A stretch of DNA of 64,000 nucleotides from Eubacteriales bacterium (GCA_050309735.1 JBNRMS010000017.1:8432-72431), one strand, 5' to 3'; shown: positions 38,836-49,108, numbered from the stretch's first letter. A program made the numbers and translations. Notes: a model not told the origin generated them from the sequence alone.

Positions 38836-39651
38836 ATGCCGATACTTGAAGTTAAAAACCTGCAAAAACATTTCGACGACACCGATGTGCTGAAAAATAT
38901 CAGCTTCACGCTTGAGCGGGGTGAGGTTCTTGCCATCATCGGCTCGTCGGGGAGCGGGAAGACAACCCTGCTCCGCTGCCTGAATTTCCTTGTCCGGCCC
39001 GATAGGGGGCAGATTTATGTCAACGACAAACTGCTGCTCGACGCCGACGACAAAAACACGCAGAACGAGGACGAGATACGCCGCAACCGGCTGCATTTCG
39101 GACTGGTCTTTCAGGCTTTCAACCTTTTCCCGCAGTACACCGTAAAACAAAATATAACCCTTGCACCCACACTTGCCCTTAGAGACGAGATAAGGGCGAT
39201 AAGAGCCGAGGAGGGTGCGTCTTTTGCGAGGGCTCACCGCGCAGAGCGGTACAGAGAGATAGACGCCAAGGCAGATGCCCTGCTTGAGCGCGTCGGCCTG
39301 ACCTCTAAGCAAAATGCCTATCCCTGCCAGCTCTCGGGCGGACAGCAGCAGCGCGTGGCAATCGCCCGCGCGCTCGCCATGACCCCCGACATACTCTGCT
39401 TCGACGAGCCGACCTCGGCTCTTGACCCAGAGTTAACCGGAGAGGTTCTCTCGGTTATCCGCGGCCTTAAGTCGACAGACAGTACAATGATTGTCGTAAC
39501 CCACGAAATGGAGTTCGCTAAAAATGTCGCTGATAAAGTAATATTTATGTCAGACGGGGTAATTGCCGAGGAGGGCCCTCCCGCCGAGCTTTTCAACAAC
39601 CCCAAAACCCCCGCGCTGCAGGGCTTTCTCAAGCGTGCGGGCGATGCTTGA
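38836..39651 (+). CDS. Amino-acid ABC transporter ATP-binding protein
   Basis: Walker A GSSGSGKTT, signature LSGGQQQRVAIARAL, Walker B ILCFDEPTSALD. Between the Q-loop region and the signature motif it carries roughly 20 more residues than typical GlnQ-like proteins. Start at ATG 38836, after AGGGAGG. Confidence 0.9.
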   Translation: MPILEVKNLQKHFDDTDVLKNISFTLERGEVLAIIGSSGSGKTTLLRCLNFLVRPDRGQIYVNDKLLLDADDKNTQNEDEIRRNRLHFGLVFQAFNLFPQYTVKQNITLAPTLALRDEIRAIRAEEGASFARAHRAERYREIDAKADALLERVGLTSKQNAYPCQLSGGQQQRVAIARALAMTPDILCFDEPTSALDPELTGEVLSVIRGLKSTDSTMIVVTHEMEFAKNVADKVIFMSDGVIAEEGPPAELFNNPKTPALQGFLKRAGDA

Positions 39652-39733
39652 TAGTGAGCGGGCTGTTTTTCGCTATTTATCATTTTTCATGTCTGAATCA
39701 ATATAGTATAAACCAAAAAACAGGAGAGTTCCC

Positions 39734-40576
39734 ATGTCAGAATCAATCCGCATGGTAGTCAAAATAGGCTCGATGGCCCTCATTCGCAAAGAGGAAAACG
39801 ACATCGACTATAATATAATATCCCGCCTTGGCCGCGAGCTCGCTCCGGGCGATATACTTGTCTCCTCGGGAGCCACCGAAATCGGGCGCCTTGACTATAT
39901 AAAGCGCACAGGCACCTCGCTTGTCGGCGACCCCGACGAGGATAAAACCGACTATGCCGCCCAAGGGCAGGTCATTCTGATGTCGCATTATCGCCAGTTT
40001 ATAAAGCCTGAATATTCGGTGCGCCAGGTTTTAGTCGAGCACACACATTTCAACCGTCCGGAGAAGCGCGCCCATATAGCCTCGCTCCTTCGGCGCGCCG
40101 CCGGGCAGGGCGCGATACCTATTATAAATTATAACGACCCGGTGTCGGACGAGGAAAACCGCAAAATGGAGCTGTCGGCGCTGCGCCATGAGGCCGAGGG
40201 GATTGTTGAGTGTGTCGATAACGACGAAACCGCGGCTGCCGTGGCAGACCTTGTCGGAGCAAAACTCCTTGTTATTCTGACCTCCACCGAGGGAATATAT
40301 AAAGACCCCGCAGACCCGTCGACACTGGTGCGTGAGGTTACCGGAAAAACCCCGGATGAGCTTGAGCAAAACATCCGCCTCTTGCAAGAGAGCTGTGTCG
40401 GCGCAAGCCGAGCGGGGGCGCACGGTGCAAGGGCAAAGCTTGAATACATGATTATGCCGGCGCGACGGGGCACCCGAATTATAATAGCCCATTCGCGACA
40501 CCCTCTCTCGGGCCTGATAAAGGGCAGCATACCCTGCACAAGGATAGGTCTGGCAGACAACAGTTACAACGATTGA
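39734..40576 (+). CDS. Amino-acid-kinase-family protein (glutamate-5-kinase-like)
   Basis: VVKIGSMAL..., VSSGATEIG and VDNDETAAAVADLVGAKLLVILTSTEGIYKDP follow the ProB/AAK pattern. There is no PUA domain and no adjacent proA. Confidence 0.55.
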   Translation: MSESIRMVVKIGSMALIRKEENDIDYNIISRLGRELAPGDILVSSGATEIGRLDYIKRTGTSLVGDPDEDKTDYAAQGQVILMSHYRQFIKPEYSVRQVLVEHTHFNRPEKRAHIASLLRRAAGQGAIPIINYNDPVSDEENRKMELSALRHEAEGIVECVDNDETAAAVADLVGAKLLVILTSTEGIYKDPADPSTLVREVTGKTPDELEQNIRLLQESCVGASRAGAHGARAKLEYMIMPARRGTRIIIAHSRHPLSGLIKGSIPCTRIGLADNSYND

Positions 40577-40635
40577 TTAAATTATTTAAACTATATAAAA
40601 GACATGGCGAAATTTGCCACCTACCCGGACAAACA

Positions 40636-40671
40636 AGCCGTTCAGTGCGATAGGGCATTGAACGGCTTTTA
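40636..40671 (+). terminator. Rho-independent terminator
   Basis: 9-bp stem AGCCGTTCA/TGAACGGCT with a 14-nt loop and a TTTT tail. Confidence 0.55.
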
Positions 40672-40754
40672 CTTATCAGGGTAAAAACAGGATGGCTTTA
40701 TGCTATTAATATTTCAATTATATTGTCAGCAATGCATAAATCAAAAAATACAAT

Positions 40755-40783
40755 TTGACTTTTTATGTGAAATATTATATAAT
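40755..40783 (+). promoter_or_regulatory. Promoter abutting repeat A3 (TTGACT-17-TATAAT)
   Basis: TTGACT at 40755-40760 and TATAAT at 40778-40783, immediately followed by the ATGCACATTGGCAG start of the repeat. Confidence 0.6.
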
Positions 40784-40870
40784 ATGCACATTGGCAGCTT
40801 TCGAAGAAAGCTGCGATGTCGTAACGGCGAGCTAGGGCATGGGAGAAATTCACTTGCGACTATGATATAC
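40784..40870 (+). repeat. Structured repeat family A, copy A3
   Basis: Reverse-complement match to 19669-19844. P1 is GCAGCTTTC-GAA-GAAAGCTGC (40794-40814). P2 arms are GTCGTAA (40818-24) and TTGCGAC (40854-60). Ends in TGATATAC. Confidence 0.85.
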
Positions 40871-40932
40871 ATTATTATTTTTTTCAGACTCGCGTTTTGC
40901 GTGATAAGATTACAGTTTACGGAGGTAAAAGT

Positions 40933-42330
40933 ATGCCACATACAAAAAGGAACTATTCTGAAATAACAGATGAAATAAGAAATCTTGCCGGGCGCTGCAT
41001 AAGCGGCAGCAATATAACCCCGTCTATGTATACAGACTACAATGTTTTTCGCGGATTGCGCGATTTAAATGGCAAGGGGGTTCTCACCGGCCTTACAGAA
41101 ATATCCGAGGTATATGCCAAAAAGATTAAGAACGGCAAGGAGATTCCCTCTCGCGGAAAGCTTTTTTATCGGGGGTATGACATTGAGGAACTTGTCTCAG
41201 GCTTCATGAATGATAAGCGCTTCGGATTTGAGGAGATAACATATCTTTTGCTCCTCGGTGATCTTCCCACCGCCGAGGAACTTGAGTCCTTCCACGCGAC
41301 ACTGGCAGGCTACCGCTCGCTGCCAACCTCTTTTGTGCGCGATTTGATAATGAAGGCACCGAGCATGGACATGATGAACTCGATGGCGCGAAGCGTGCTG
41401 ACAATGTATTCATACGACAAAAATCCCGACGACGCGAGCATTGAGAATGTTATGCGCCAGTGCCTGCAGCTTATCGCGACCCTGCCCATGATGGCGATTT
41501 ACGGCTATCAGGCCTTTGATTATTATATCGACGGCAGCCGGAGCTTCTTTATACACGAGCCCGACACCTCACTGTCCAACGCCGAGAATATACTGCATAT
41601 GCTGCGCATTGACAGCAAATACACAAAACTTGAGGCAAATGTTCTCGATCTCTCGCTTGTGCTTCATGCCGAACATGGCGGCGGAAACAATTCAACCTTT
41701 GCAACCCGTGTGGTTTCCTCGTCGGGCACCGATACATATTCGGCGATAGCGGCGGCACTCGGTTCGCTAAAGGGGCCCAAGCACGGCGGGGCCAATATCA
41801 AGGTTTGCCAGATGTTTGATGATATGAAAGAGAAGGTGGGCGACTGGGAGGACCAGGATGAAATTGAAGCCTATCTCCGAAAACTGCTGCGCAAGGAAGC
41901 CTTTGATCGCTCGGGGCTTATTTACGGCTTCGGTCACGCGGTCTATTCGCTGTCCGACCCGAGGGCGGTTATCCTTCGTCGCTTTGTAAGAAAGCTGTCT
42001 GACGAGAAGGGGCGGAAAGACGAATTTGCTCTTTATTCGGCGGTTGAAAAAATTGCGCCGCGCATGATATCAAGCGAGCGCAAAATGTATAAGGGTGTTA
42101 GTGCAAACGTAGATTTTTACAGTGGATTTGTCTATGATATGCTCGGTCTTCCCGAGGAGCTTTACACTCCACTCTTTGCAATCGCCCGCATTGCCGGATG
42201 GAGCGCGCATCGCATAGAAGAGCTGATTTACGGCGGGAAGATAATCCGTCCGGCTTATAAGAATGTATGCCCGAGAAGGGAATATCGTCCGCTCGCCGAG
42301 CGGGGGAGGGGAGATGAGGAAGATATCTGA
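40933..42330 (+). CDS. Citrate synthase
   Basis: LHAEHGGGNNSTF, GFGHAVY and the C-terminal citrate-synthase fold pattern. Start set at ATG 40933, after GGAGGT (the track ORF starts at TTG 40897). Confidence 0.85.
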   Translation: MPHTKRNYSEITDEIRNLAGRCISGSNITPSMYTDYNVFRGLRDLNGKGVLTGLTEISEVYAKKIKNGKEIPSRGKLFYRGYDIEELVSGFMNDKRFGFEEITYLLLLGDLPTAEELESFHATLAGYRSLPTSFVRDLIMKAPSMDMMNSMARSVLTMYSYDKNPDDASIENVMRQCLQLIATLPMMAIYGYQAFDYYIDGSRSFFIHEPDTSLSNAENILHMLRIDSKYTKLEANVLDLSLVLHAEHGGGNNSTFATRVVSSSGTDTYSAIAAALGSLKGPKHGGANIKVCQMFDDMKEKVGDWEDQDEIEAYLRKLLRKEAFDRSGLIYGFGHAVYSLSDPRAVILRRFVRKLSDEKGRKDEFALYSAVEKIAPRMISSERKMYKGVSANVDFYSGFVYDMLGLPEELYTPLFAIARIAGWSAHRIEELIYGGKIIRPAYKNVCPRREYRPLAERGRGDEEDI

Positions 42331-42348
42331 TTTCCCGCCCGCCCTGCT

Positions 42349-43557
42349 CTAATTTACGGCATCCCCGAATATCTCGCTGAAAACCTTCTGGCAATAGCTG
42401 TATGAGAAGAGCGGGTCGCGTTTCTGCACAAGAGCGTTTGCCGCGGCAAGCTCCTCGGAATAATCATAAAATGAATAGACTGTTATCCCCGCGTAGCCCT
42501 CGTTGAGTTGTGTCACAATCGGGATTACAGACGCCTCGCTGACATACACCTCTCGATCCTCGCCCCGCGACAGTCTAATCAAAGCCATACCGCCGAGCAT
42601 ACGGTTGCACACCCCGCGGCCGGTCTCGGCGGTTGAATTCACGAAATTTCCGAGCGACCAAAAGACCGGCATAGTCCGGCCATCTTCCTCGTACCACTCT
42701 AACGGCTGAATCACGTGCGGGTGTGTGCCGATGACCAGATCGGCGCCGCACTCAAAGAAAAGTTTGCACCATAGCCGCTGACCCGACGACGGTGAATGTA
42801 CATACTCAATCCCCCAATGCGGGCAGACTACGACAAAGTCGGCAATCTCTTTTGCCTTTTTTATATCCTCTCTCACGGTCTGCTCGTCAAGCAGGCTGAC
42901 TATCCACGGCATATCGGAAGGAATCGGATTGCCGTTTGTGCCATAGGTGTAATTGAGCAGAGCGACCCTAAATCCCTTCCGCTCGACCACACATATGCCG
43001 GCCGACTCATCTTCTGTGAGGGCGGTGCCGGCTATTTTTATTTCGGGATAGTGCTCGGCAAAATAGGAGCGGCAGGCGATTACTCCGGATTTGCCTTTGT
43101 CAAGTGTATGATTTGTAGCCTGCAAAACGACATCAAAGCCGGCCCACGCAATGGCATCTGCAACCTCAAGGGGAGCGTTGAAAAGGGGGTAGCCCGAGAG
43201 GCCGAACTCCTCGCCCGCGAGCGGGGTTTCCTGGTTGATAATTGAGATGTCTGCCGAGGATATCTGGTCGCGCAGCTTTGCAAAAATGTGGGTGAAGTCA
43301 TAGCCCCCGCCCGGCTTCTCGCCGCTCATTTGAACAAAGCGGTGAAGGAGGAGATCTCCGGCCATGAGGATTGTTATGCTCTCGGAACTGTCGGCGGTCA
43401 GGGCAGCAGATTTGTCGGTTGTCGGTTCGGTTTGGTGTAGGGTTGCGCTGTCTGAGACATGCTCCTTGCATTTCTCGCACGCAAGGGCAGAGGAGCAGGA
43501 GGACAGGGCGAAGATTAACAAAATAATTGAAAATAGCTTTTTTAGGTGTGAGGTCAT
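42349..43557 (-). CDS. CapA-family (PGA_cap) metallophosphatase-like lipoprotein
   Basis: Lipobox LSSC. Motifs ILMAGDLLLH, ATNHTLDKG, CPHWGIEY and GTHPHVIQP. Confidence 0.8.
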   Translation of the reverse strand: MTSHLKKLFSIILLIFALSSCSSALACEKCKEHVSDSATLHQTEPTTDKSAALTADSSESITILMAGDLLLHRFVQMSGEKPGGGYDFTHIFAKLRDQISSADISIINQETPLAGEEFGLSGYPLFNAPLEVADAIAWAGFDVVLQATNHTLDKGKSGVIACRSYFAEHYPEIKIAGTALTEDESAGICVVERKGFRVALLNYTYGTNGNPIPSDMPWIVSLLDEQTVREDIKKAKEIADFVVVCPHWGIEYVHSPSSGQRLWCKLFFECGADLVIGTHPHVIQPLEWYEEDGRTMPVFWSLGNFVNSTAETGRGVCNRMLGGMALIRLSRGEDREVYVSEASVIPIVTQLNEGYAGITVYSFYDYSEELAAANALVQKRDPLFSYSYCQKVFSEIFGDAVN

Positions 43558-43835
43558 TGTTTTCTCCGGGGGAATATAAAGTTTTTTGCTTGACAGGAGG
43601 CAAGCGTAATGTTTTTCACCCGCCCTTCGTTAAGCGACTTTTGGCGGCCTTGATTTATCATCGCCTTCGGTCGGGCGAATAATTCAAGAAAAAATCATGA
43701 AATGAATAAAGTGGCAGCTGAGTAATTATGAAGAAAGGTCAAAAATGGAACATTTAATGGCTCTATAACGTCATATAGAGCAAAAGTAAACTCGCCGCAG
43801 CATCAAATTCTAATAATTTTGGGGGATACATTATT

Positions 43836-46800
43836 ATGAATCAAAAGCAGTACATAAATCCGGGAAAGAATACTGTAATCCGCGCCGCCTGCGTTTTTCT
43901 GTCGGCGCTGATTCTTCTTGGCGTTATTTTCCCGTTCGTAAATTTGAATAATGACAAAGGCGAGCCCGAGGGCTTTGTCTTTTCGGGCTCAGCCTTCACC
44001 TCAGACGGAGTAAACGACCTGCCCGAGGAGTTGTCCTCGGTGAGCGTGACGGCTAATAACGACCGCTCGGCGATAATCCCGGTCGATTCATATTTCACAA
44101 TCAAAACAACGGGCGCAACCGACCCCGAAACCCTCTCAAAATATCTGACCGTGACCCCGACTGTATCCTTCACTCTTAGCACACTGTCGCCGACCGAATT
44201 TCTTCTCACCCCCGCCGCCCGGGAGCTTGACGCCGGCAGGATTTACAGCTTTACGCTCGGCAACCCTGAAAATCCGGTCAGCAGCTACACTTTTCAGACC
44301 GAGAGCGAACTGGCCGTCAAAAGTCTGCTTCCGGCAGATCTTGCGGTGGGTGTTCCTCTCAACGCAGGAATCGAAATTGCCTTCACCGAATCTGTAAGGA
44401 ATGTAAAATTTGAAAATTATATAAGCATATTGCCGAAAATTAAGGGGAATTTTGAGCTTTACCCCGACGGGCGCACTGTGGTTTTTGTTCCCGACGAAAA
44501 TCTCGCTCCGAACACTGTTTATACAGTGCAGGTGAAACAAGGGATAACCTCCTCCTCGGGCAGAGAGCTCAAGCAAGCTCATGAGGCAAAATTCCGCACC
44601 GGAACCGAAGAGACATCGAGCGGCAAGGAGACTATGAAAATATACTCCGAGAACACCAAGACTATATTCTCGCCCCACGAGTATCCGACTATTTATTACA
44701 ACCTATCAAATATAGATAGAAAAACACCCAAACAGAGCGACATCGCAGTTGAGATTTGGCGATACAGCTCTGCAGACGATGCGATATCTGCCATGAAGGA
44801 CTATGAAGGGCAGCGCGCCAACTATCTATATTCCGAGGATAATTATCTTTTCCCGACTAAGGGACTGACGAATGTCGGCAGCTATAATATAGCCCCGGTG
44901 AGCACAGGCAGCAACAACTATTCTGTTCAGTCATATTTTTCGCTCCCGCAGCTTGAGGAAGGGATATATCTTGTTAACTATATTGTATCCGGGCAGTGGG
45001 GCGGCGGCGAATACAAGAAAAGTATGCAGACCATAATTCAGAGCACAAACCTGCGGGTTCATACCGAGAGCAGCTACGGAAATACGCTTTTCTGGGTCAA
45101 TAACCTAAAAGACAGCCGACCCGACCAAGCGTCCGCCGGCCCGGCAGCCGGAGCAACCGTCACCGCCCAATGCTTTAATCGGATTAATTCCTGGAATACC
45201 GAGGGCGGGGCAGCGTCCTACACGACGCTTACCGGCATAACAGACGCCAGCGGACTGGCAATTATTGAGAACGGCGACACAAACGCGGCATATGTGAAAA
45301 TTGAGCATGGCGGCGAGGAGACAATAATCCCCCTTTTGGCAAATGCCGATGCTGAGATTAAATATTTCTGCAAATATATATTCACAGACCGCGAGGTTTA
45401 TTTTCCGGACGACAGTGTTAATTATTACGGAGTCCTCACCCCCGGCGGTGAAGAGGTGCTGCCCTCCCGGCTCTATGTCTATGTCGGCAGTATACCCTAT
45501 GGGTCGGTGGCTCTTGGCACCGACGGCTCCTTCTCGGGCAACATACCAATCGAGAACTACACAGGGTACGCCCTTTATATCAGGTTTTGCACGTCGGATG
45601 GAGCGCTTGTCGCCTCGAAATATGTAAGGGTGACGCAGGAGGATAAGCCGGTTTATCGCGCATCACTTAGCTTTGATAAGCTTTTCTATGAGTTTGGAGA
45701 TACAATCACCGCCACCGTTACTGCCTCCTTTTTTGACGGTACCCCGGCGCCCGGTCTTCGCTTCAGGATGAGAGCCGACAACCCTTTTGTATATGACGGT
45801 GAAGTTGTCACCGGTGCCGACGGGAGTGCTTCGATAAGCATAAAAACGACGGCATACCCCGGCGCAAACTCGACATATCCAATTTCGATATGGGTTTCTG
45901 CCTACTTGACGGGATATGAAACCTCCTCGCTTAGTCTTTACAAATCGGTTTATTATTTTCACAGCGAAAACCAGCTTCGCACCGAGCGGATAAACGGCGA
46001 CTATTCGGAGGTTTACCTCAATAAAACCGATACCACACGCCTTAGGACTCAGGCTGACCTCAACTATCCCGCCTTCCCCGAGAATATATACGGAGCCCCG
46101 GCTCGGGGCAGCGTGAAGGTTAGCCTCATAAAGCGAGAGTTCTTGCGGGTGAGAACCGGCACAAGATACGACCCGATAACCAAAACCACAATAGAAGACT
46201 ACACAACCCGGTTGTCCGACAGCGTGATAAGGAGCTACACGGCCGAATTTGAGGACGGCAAAATCAGGCTTGAGCATATGAGCGCCGAAGGTTTTAACGG
46301 ATACTATTTTTATGAGATATCCTACTATGACGCCAAGAACGGCGCAGATTATGTGTTGGCAGTCTATGCTCTTAAGAATAATTACAGGCTGCATGATAAC
46401 GATTCGTGGTACTACTACAAAATTATAACAGACAAAGAGGCATACTCGGAGGGCGATACCGTCAGCGTCTCATATCTTTACAACGGCATAGCGCCAAAGG
46501 GCAAGATTCTCTACACGCTTTACGATTCAGAGGGCTTTGCCGGTAGCATGGTTGGAGAGTCGGACTTTAGCTTCAGGTTCACCGACAGCATGGCGCTCTT
46601 CTGCCAGGTATATGCCACAGCTCTTGACGGCTCGGAGTTCAAAACGCAGTCCGGGCATATCAGGTACGATTACGAGGCCGACAATATACTCGCGGTCGAA
46701 GTCCTGCCCGACAAAGAATCCTACGCGCCCGGCGAGGGGGCGGCGGTTAGACTGCGCGTGACAGATAAAGAGGGGCGGCCGGTTGCGGGAGTTGTCCTTC

Positions 46801-49103
46801 TCTCGGTGGTAGACGAGGCCTGCTTCGCGCTCGGCGATCAGACACTCTCGCCCCTTGGTTCTTATTTCTCCTCGGTCGGCGGCTCGCAAAGGCTTCCTTA
46901 TGACCTGCTTTCGAGTTATTACTCTGATTATTGGTATTACTACGGCTACAGCTCCCCGATAATCTCGATATCGGTTAACGGGAGATTTAATATATTCCGC
47001 GAGATATCGATAAACAACGAGACATTATACTATCTCACCGACAGCGTGGCAGCCGAGGCGGCGGATAGTCAAAAAGCACCTCAGAATAGCGGGTCGGCTG
47101 AGAGCGCTATATATATCCGCGAAAACTTCTCCGACAACCCGGTTTTTGAGGTAATAAAGCTGGGAGAGGACGGTACGGCACTCTTTAGCTTCACAGTTCC
47201 GGACAATATCACCGAGTGGAGAATAAGTGCGCTTGCATATGGCAATATCTCCTCGCAGAAGGTTACCGAGCGCAAGCTCGGCAGCCGAGTGTCGGGCGTG
47301 ATATGCACTCTCCCCTATTTTATCAATCTCTCGGCCTGCGAATACTATATCGAGGGAGACGACGTCACCCTCTCAGCGCGCTCCTACGGCAGAGCGCTCG
47401 TCAGCTCACAAGCCGTTGAATACAGCGCTACTGTCTATGATGGCGCGGGCAAGAGAGTAGGCAGTCTCAAGCTTTCGAGCAAGAGCGGCGAGCAGGCTTG
47501 GTTCAATTTCGGCAGACTGCCGACAGGCAGCTACAGCGCCGAGGTGAGCGCTGTTTGCGGCAAATACAGCGACGGCGTCCGGGTGAACTTCTCTGTGGTG
47601 GTAAGCGGCAATATAGTCGACGTTCGGCGCGATATATCAATTGACCAAATAAAGACGCTAACACCCCTTACCTATCCGCTCACTCTCTCCTTCTACAACT
47701 CGGCCTACGACAAATATATAGACGCTCTGAATCAAATCAACCGCAATTATAGCGACGCGCGGAGCGATGCGCTGGCGGCTCGCTATGTAGCGCTCACAGC
47801 ATCCGAGAAGCTTTTCGGCTTGGGCGGCATAGGGTCGACCGCCGAAATTTCTGCAACCCTTAATTCAAGGGGGAGCGGACTTATTCCCCTTCTTGAATAC
47901 AGCGAGGGCGACATTGAGCTTACGGCCAAGATCTGCGCTGTTGCCCCCGAGGCGCTCTCAAGCTATCGCAAGGCTGATATAATAAATACGCTAAGCTCCT
48001 ATATCGACGCCAAGAAATATACCGACCCGACCGAGCTTGCCGCCGCCCTCCTTGCCCTTGGAGCGCTGGGTGAGCCGGTGCTCGACCGGGTATATCATAT
48101 CGCTTCAAGCCACACCTCCTTCACCGTTGAGACAAAGCTCTATCTTGCGGCGGCTCTTACCTATATAGGCGACTTTTCAGCGGCAAACGAGCTTCTCGCG
48201 CTGATAAAAACCGAGGCGGGCAGCGAGGCCGAGGGCGGCGAATATTACATCAAAGGCGATAACACCGAGGAGAGCATAAAGCTCACCTCGCTTGCCCTTC
48301 TCACCGCCTCCCGGCTCTCTCGAATTGATGCCGAGAAGATGATACGATATCTGCGCACTCATGTTTCCACACTTGAATACTACGGCCTTGAGATTGCCGC
48401 TTATGTGAAATATTTCATGCCGACCGAGAGGGTCGAGTCGCTGCTCTCCTACCGCTTCGGCGAGGGTGAGGTTGAGAAGGTTTCCGTTCGTGCCGGCGGC
48501 GCATATGTGCTGAGGCTGACAAAAACCGGATTTGATTCGCTCCAGATCCTTGAGGCAGACCCGTCCCTTCGTGTGCGCGCCGCATATGGCGGCTCGCTGG
48601 CCGACGCCACAGACGGCGGGCAGAAAACAGGCGAGCTGACCATTACCAAAACCATAACCCCCCACGATGCTGCGGGAGGACTTTATAAGGTGACGATTAG
48701 CTTCAGCGGCAAAACAGACCGAGCATATTCAAGCTTCAGTGTCTCGGACTGCATTCCGACCGGCGCGCGATTTGTGTCAAATCATATTGGCTATAACGAC
48801 GGCTGGGTGACCGTTTCCGGTTCAAAGCAGATGAGTGCCTTCATTTATCATGAGGGCGGGCAGAAGATGCGCGCTTCAATCTGGATCTCGGCACCGTATA
48901 TGAAAAAGGCAAAATGGAATGAAATAGTACCCGAATATAGTTTCTCGGGCAGCCTTTCCTATATCATACGGGGGGCCGTGACAGGTTCTTTTGTGACCGA
49001 GGAAACCCTGATTCAAAATTTCACTACCGGCAGCTATGCCGTCAGCGATCGGATGTACATTACAATCGGAGACGGTAAATGGACTGTTGACAGCATAGAA
49101 TAA
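43836..49103 (+). CDS. Alpha-2-macroglobulin-family giant surface protein (no thioester motif)
   Basis: 1755 aa. N-terminal signal anchor. SbsA/BIg-like N-terminal domain (LLPADLAVGVPLNAGIEIAFTE..V). A2M_N-like VVLLSVVDEACFALGDQ. A2M signature FSDNPVF...LGEDGTA.FSFTVPDNITEWRISALAY. Helical TED-like repeats. I found no CxEQ motif. Confidence 0.65.
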   Translation: MNQKQYINPGKNTVIRAACVFLSALILLGVIFPFVNLNNDKGEPEGFVFSGSAFTSDGVNDLPEELSSVSVTANNDRSAIIPVDSYFTIKTTGATDPETLSKYLTVTPTVSFTLSTLSPTEFLLTPAARELDAGRIYSFTLGNPENPVSSYTFQTESELAVKSLLPADLAVGVPLNAGIEIAFTESVRNVKFENYISILPKIKGNFELYPDGRTVVFVPDENLAPNTVYTVQVKQGITSSSGRELKQAHEAKFRTGTEETSSGKETMKIYSENTKTIFSPHEYPTIYYNLSNIDRKTPKQSDIAVEIWRYSSADDAISAMKDYEGQRANYLYSEDNYLFPTKGLTNVGSYNIAPVSTGSNNYSVQSYFSLPQLEEGIYLVNYIVSGQWGGGEYKKSMQTIIQSTNLRVHTESSYGNTLFWVNNLKDSRPDQASAGPAAGATVTAQCFNRINSWNTEGGAASYTTLTGITDASGLAIIENGDTNAAYVKIEHGGEETIIPLLANADAEIKYFCKYIFTDREVYFPDDSVNYYGVLTPGGEEVLPSRLYVYVGSIPYGSVALGTDGSFSGNIPIENYTGYALYIRFCTSDGALVASKYVRVTQEDKPVYRASLSFDKLFYEFGDTITATVTASFFDGTPAPGLRFRMRADNPFVYDGEVVTGADGSASISIKTTAYPGANSTYPISIWVSAYLTGYETSSLSLYKSVYYFHSENQLRTERINGDYSEVYLNKTDTTRLRTQADLNYPAFPENIYGAPARGSVKVSLIKREFLRVRTGTRYDPITKTTIEDYTTRLSDSVIRSYTAEFEDGKIRLEHMSAEGFNGYYFYEISYYDAKNGADYVLAVYALKNNYRLHDNDSWYYYKIITDKEAYSEGDTVSVSYLYNGIAPKGKILYTLYDSEGFAGSMVGESDFSFRFTDSMALFCQVYATALDGSEFKTQSGHIRYDYEADNILAVEVLPDKESYAPGEGAAVRLRVTDKEGRPVAGVVLLSVVDEACFALGDQTLSPLGSYFSSVGGSQRLPYDLLSSYYSDYWYYYGYSSPIISISVNGRFNIFREISINNETLYYLTDSVAAEAADSQKAPQNSGSAESAIYIRENFSDNPVFEVIKLGEDGTALFSFTVPDNITEWRISALAYGNISSQKVTERKLGSRVSGVICTLPYFINLSACEYYIEGDDVTLSARSYGRALVSSQAVEYSATVYDGAGKRVGSLKLSSKSGEQAWFNFGRLPTGSYSAEVSAVCGKYSDGVRVNFSVVVSGNIVDVRRDISIDQIKTLTPLTYPLTLSFYNSAYDKYIDALNQINRNYSDARSDALAARYVALTASEKLFGLGGIGSTAEISATLNSRGSGLIPLLEYSEGDIELTAKICAVAPEALSSYRKADIINTLSSYIDAKKYTDPTELAAALLALGALGEPVLDRVYHIASSHTSFTVETKLYLAAALTYIGDFSAANELLALIKTEAGSEAEGGEYYIKGDNTEESIKLTSLALLTASRLSRIDAEKMIRYLRTHVSTLEYYGLEIAAYVKYFMPTERVESLLSYRFGEGEVEKVSVRAGGAYVLRLTKTGFDSLQILEADPSLRVRAAYGGSLADATDGGQKTGELTITKTITPHDAAGGLYKVTISFSGKTDRAYSSFSVSDCIPTGARFVSNHIGYNDGWVTVSGSKQMSAFIYHEGGQKMRASIWISAPYMKKAKWNEIVPEYSFSGSLSYIIRGAVTGSFVTEETLIQNFTTGSYAVSDRMYITIGDGKWTVDSIE

Positions 49104-49108
49104 TATTA

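Noticed and set aside
40700-40966. 88-aa ORF, plus short ATGCAC-initiated peptides in each family-A repeat unit (MH.GSF.RKLRCRNG..)
   Set aside because: The ATG abuts the -10 box, so it would lie upstream of the likely TSS, and there is no RBS. Unit A2 has an early in-frame stop (MHIGRFRRNL*). The apparent peptide conservation is just DNA repeat identity.
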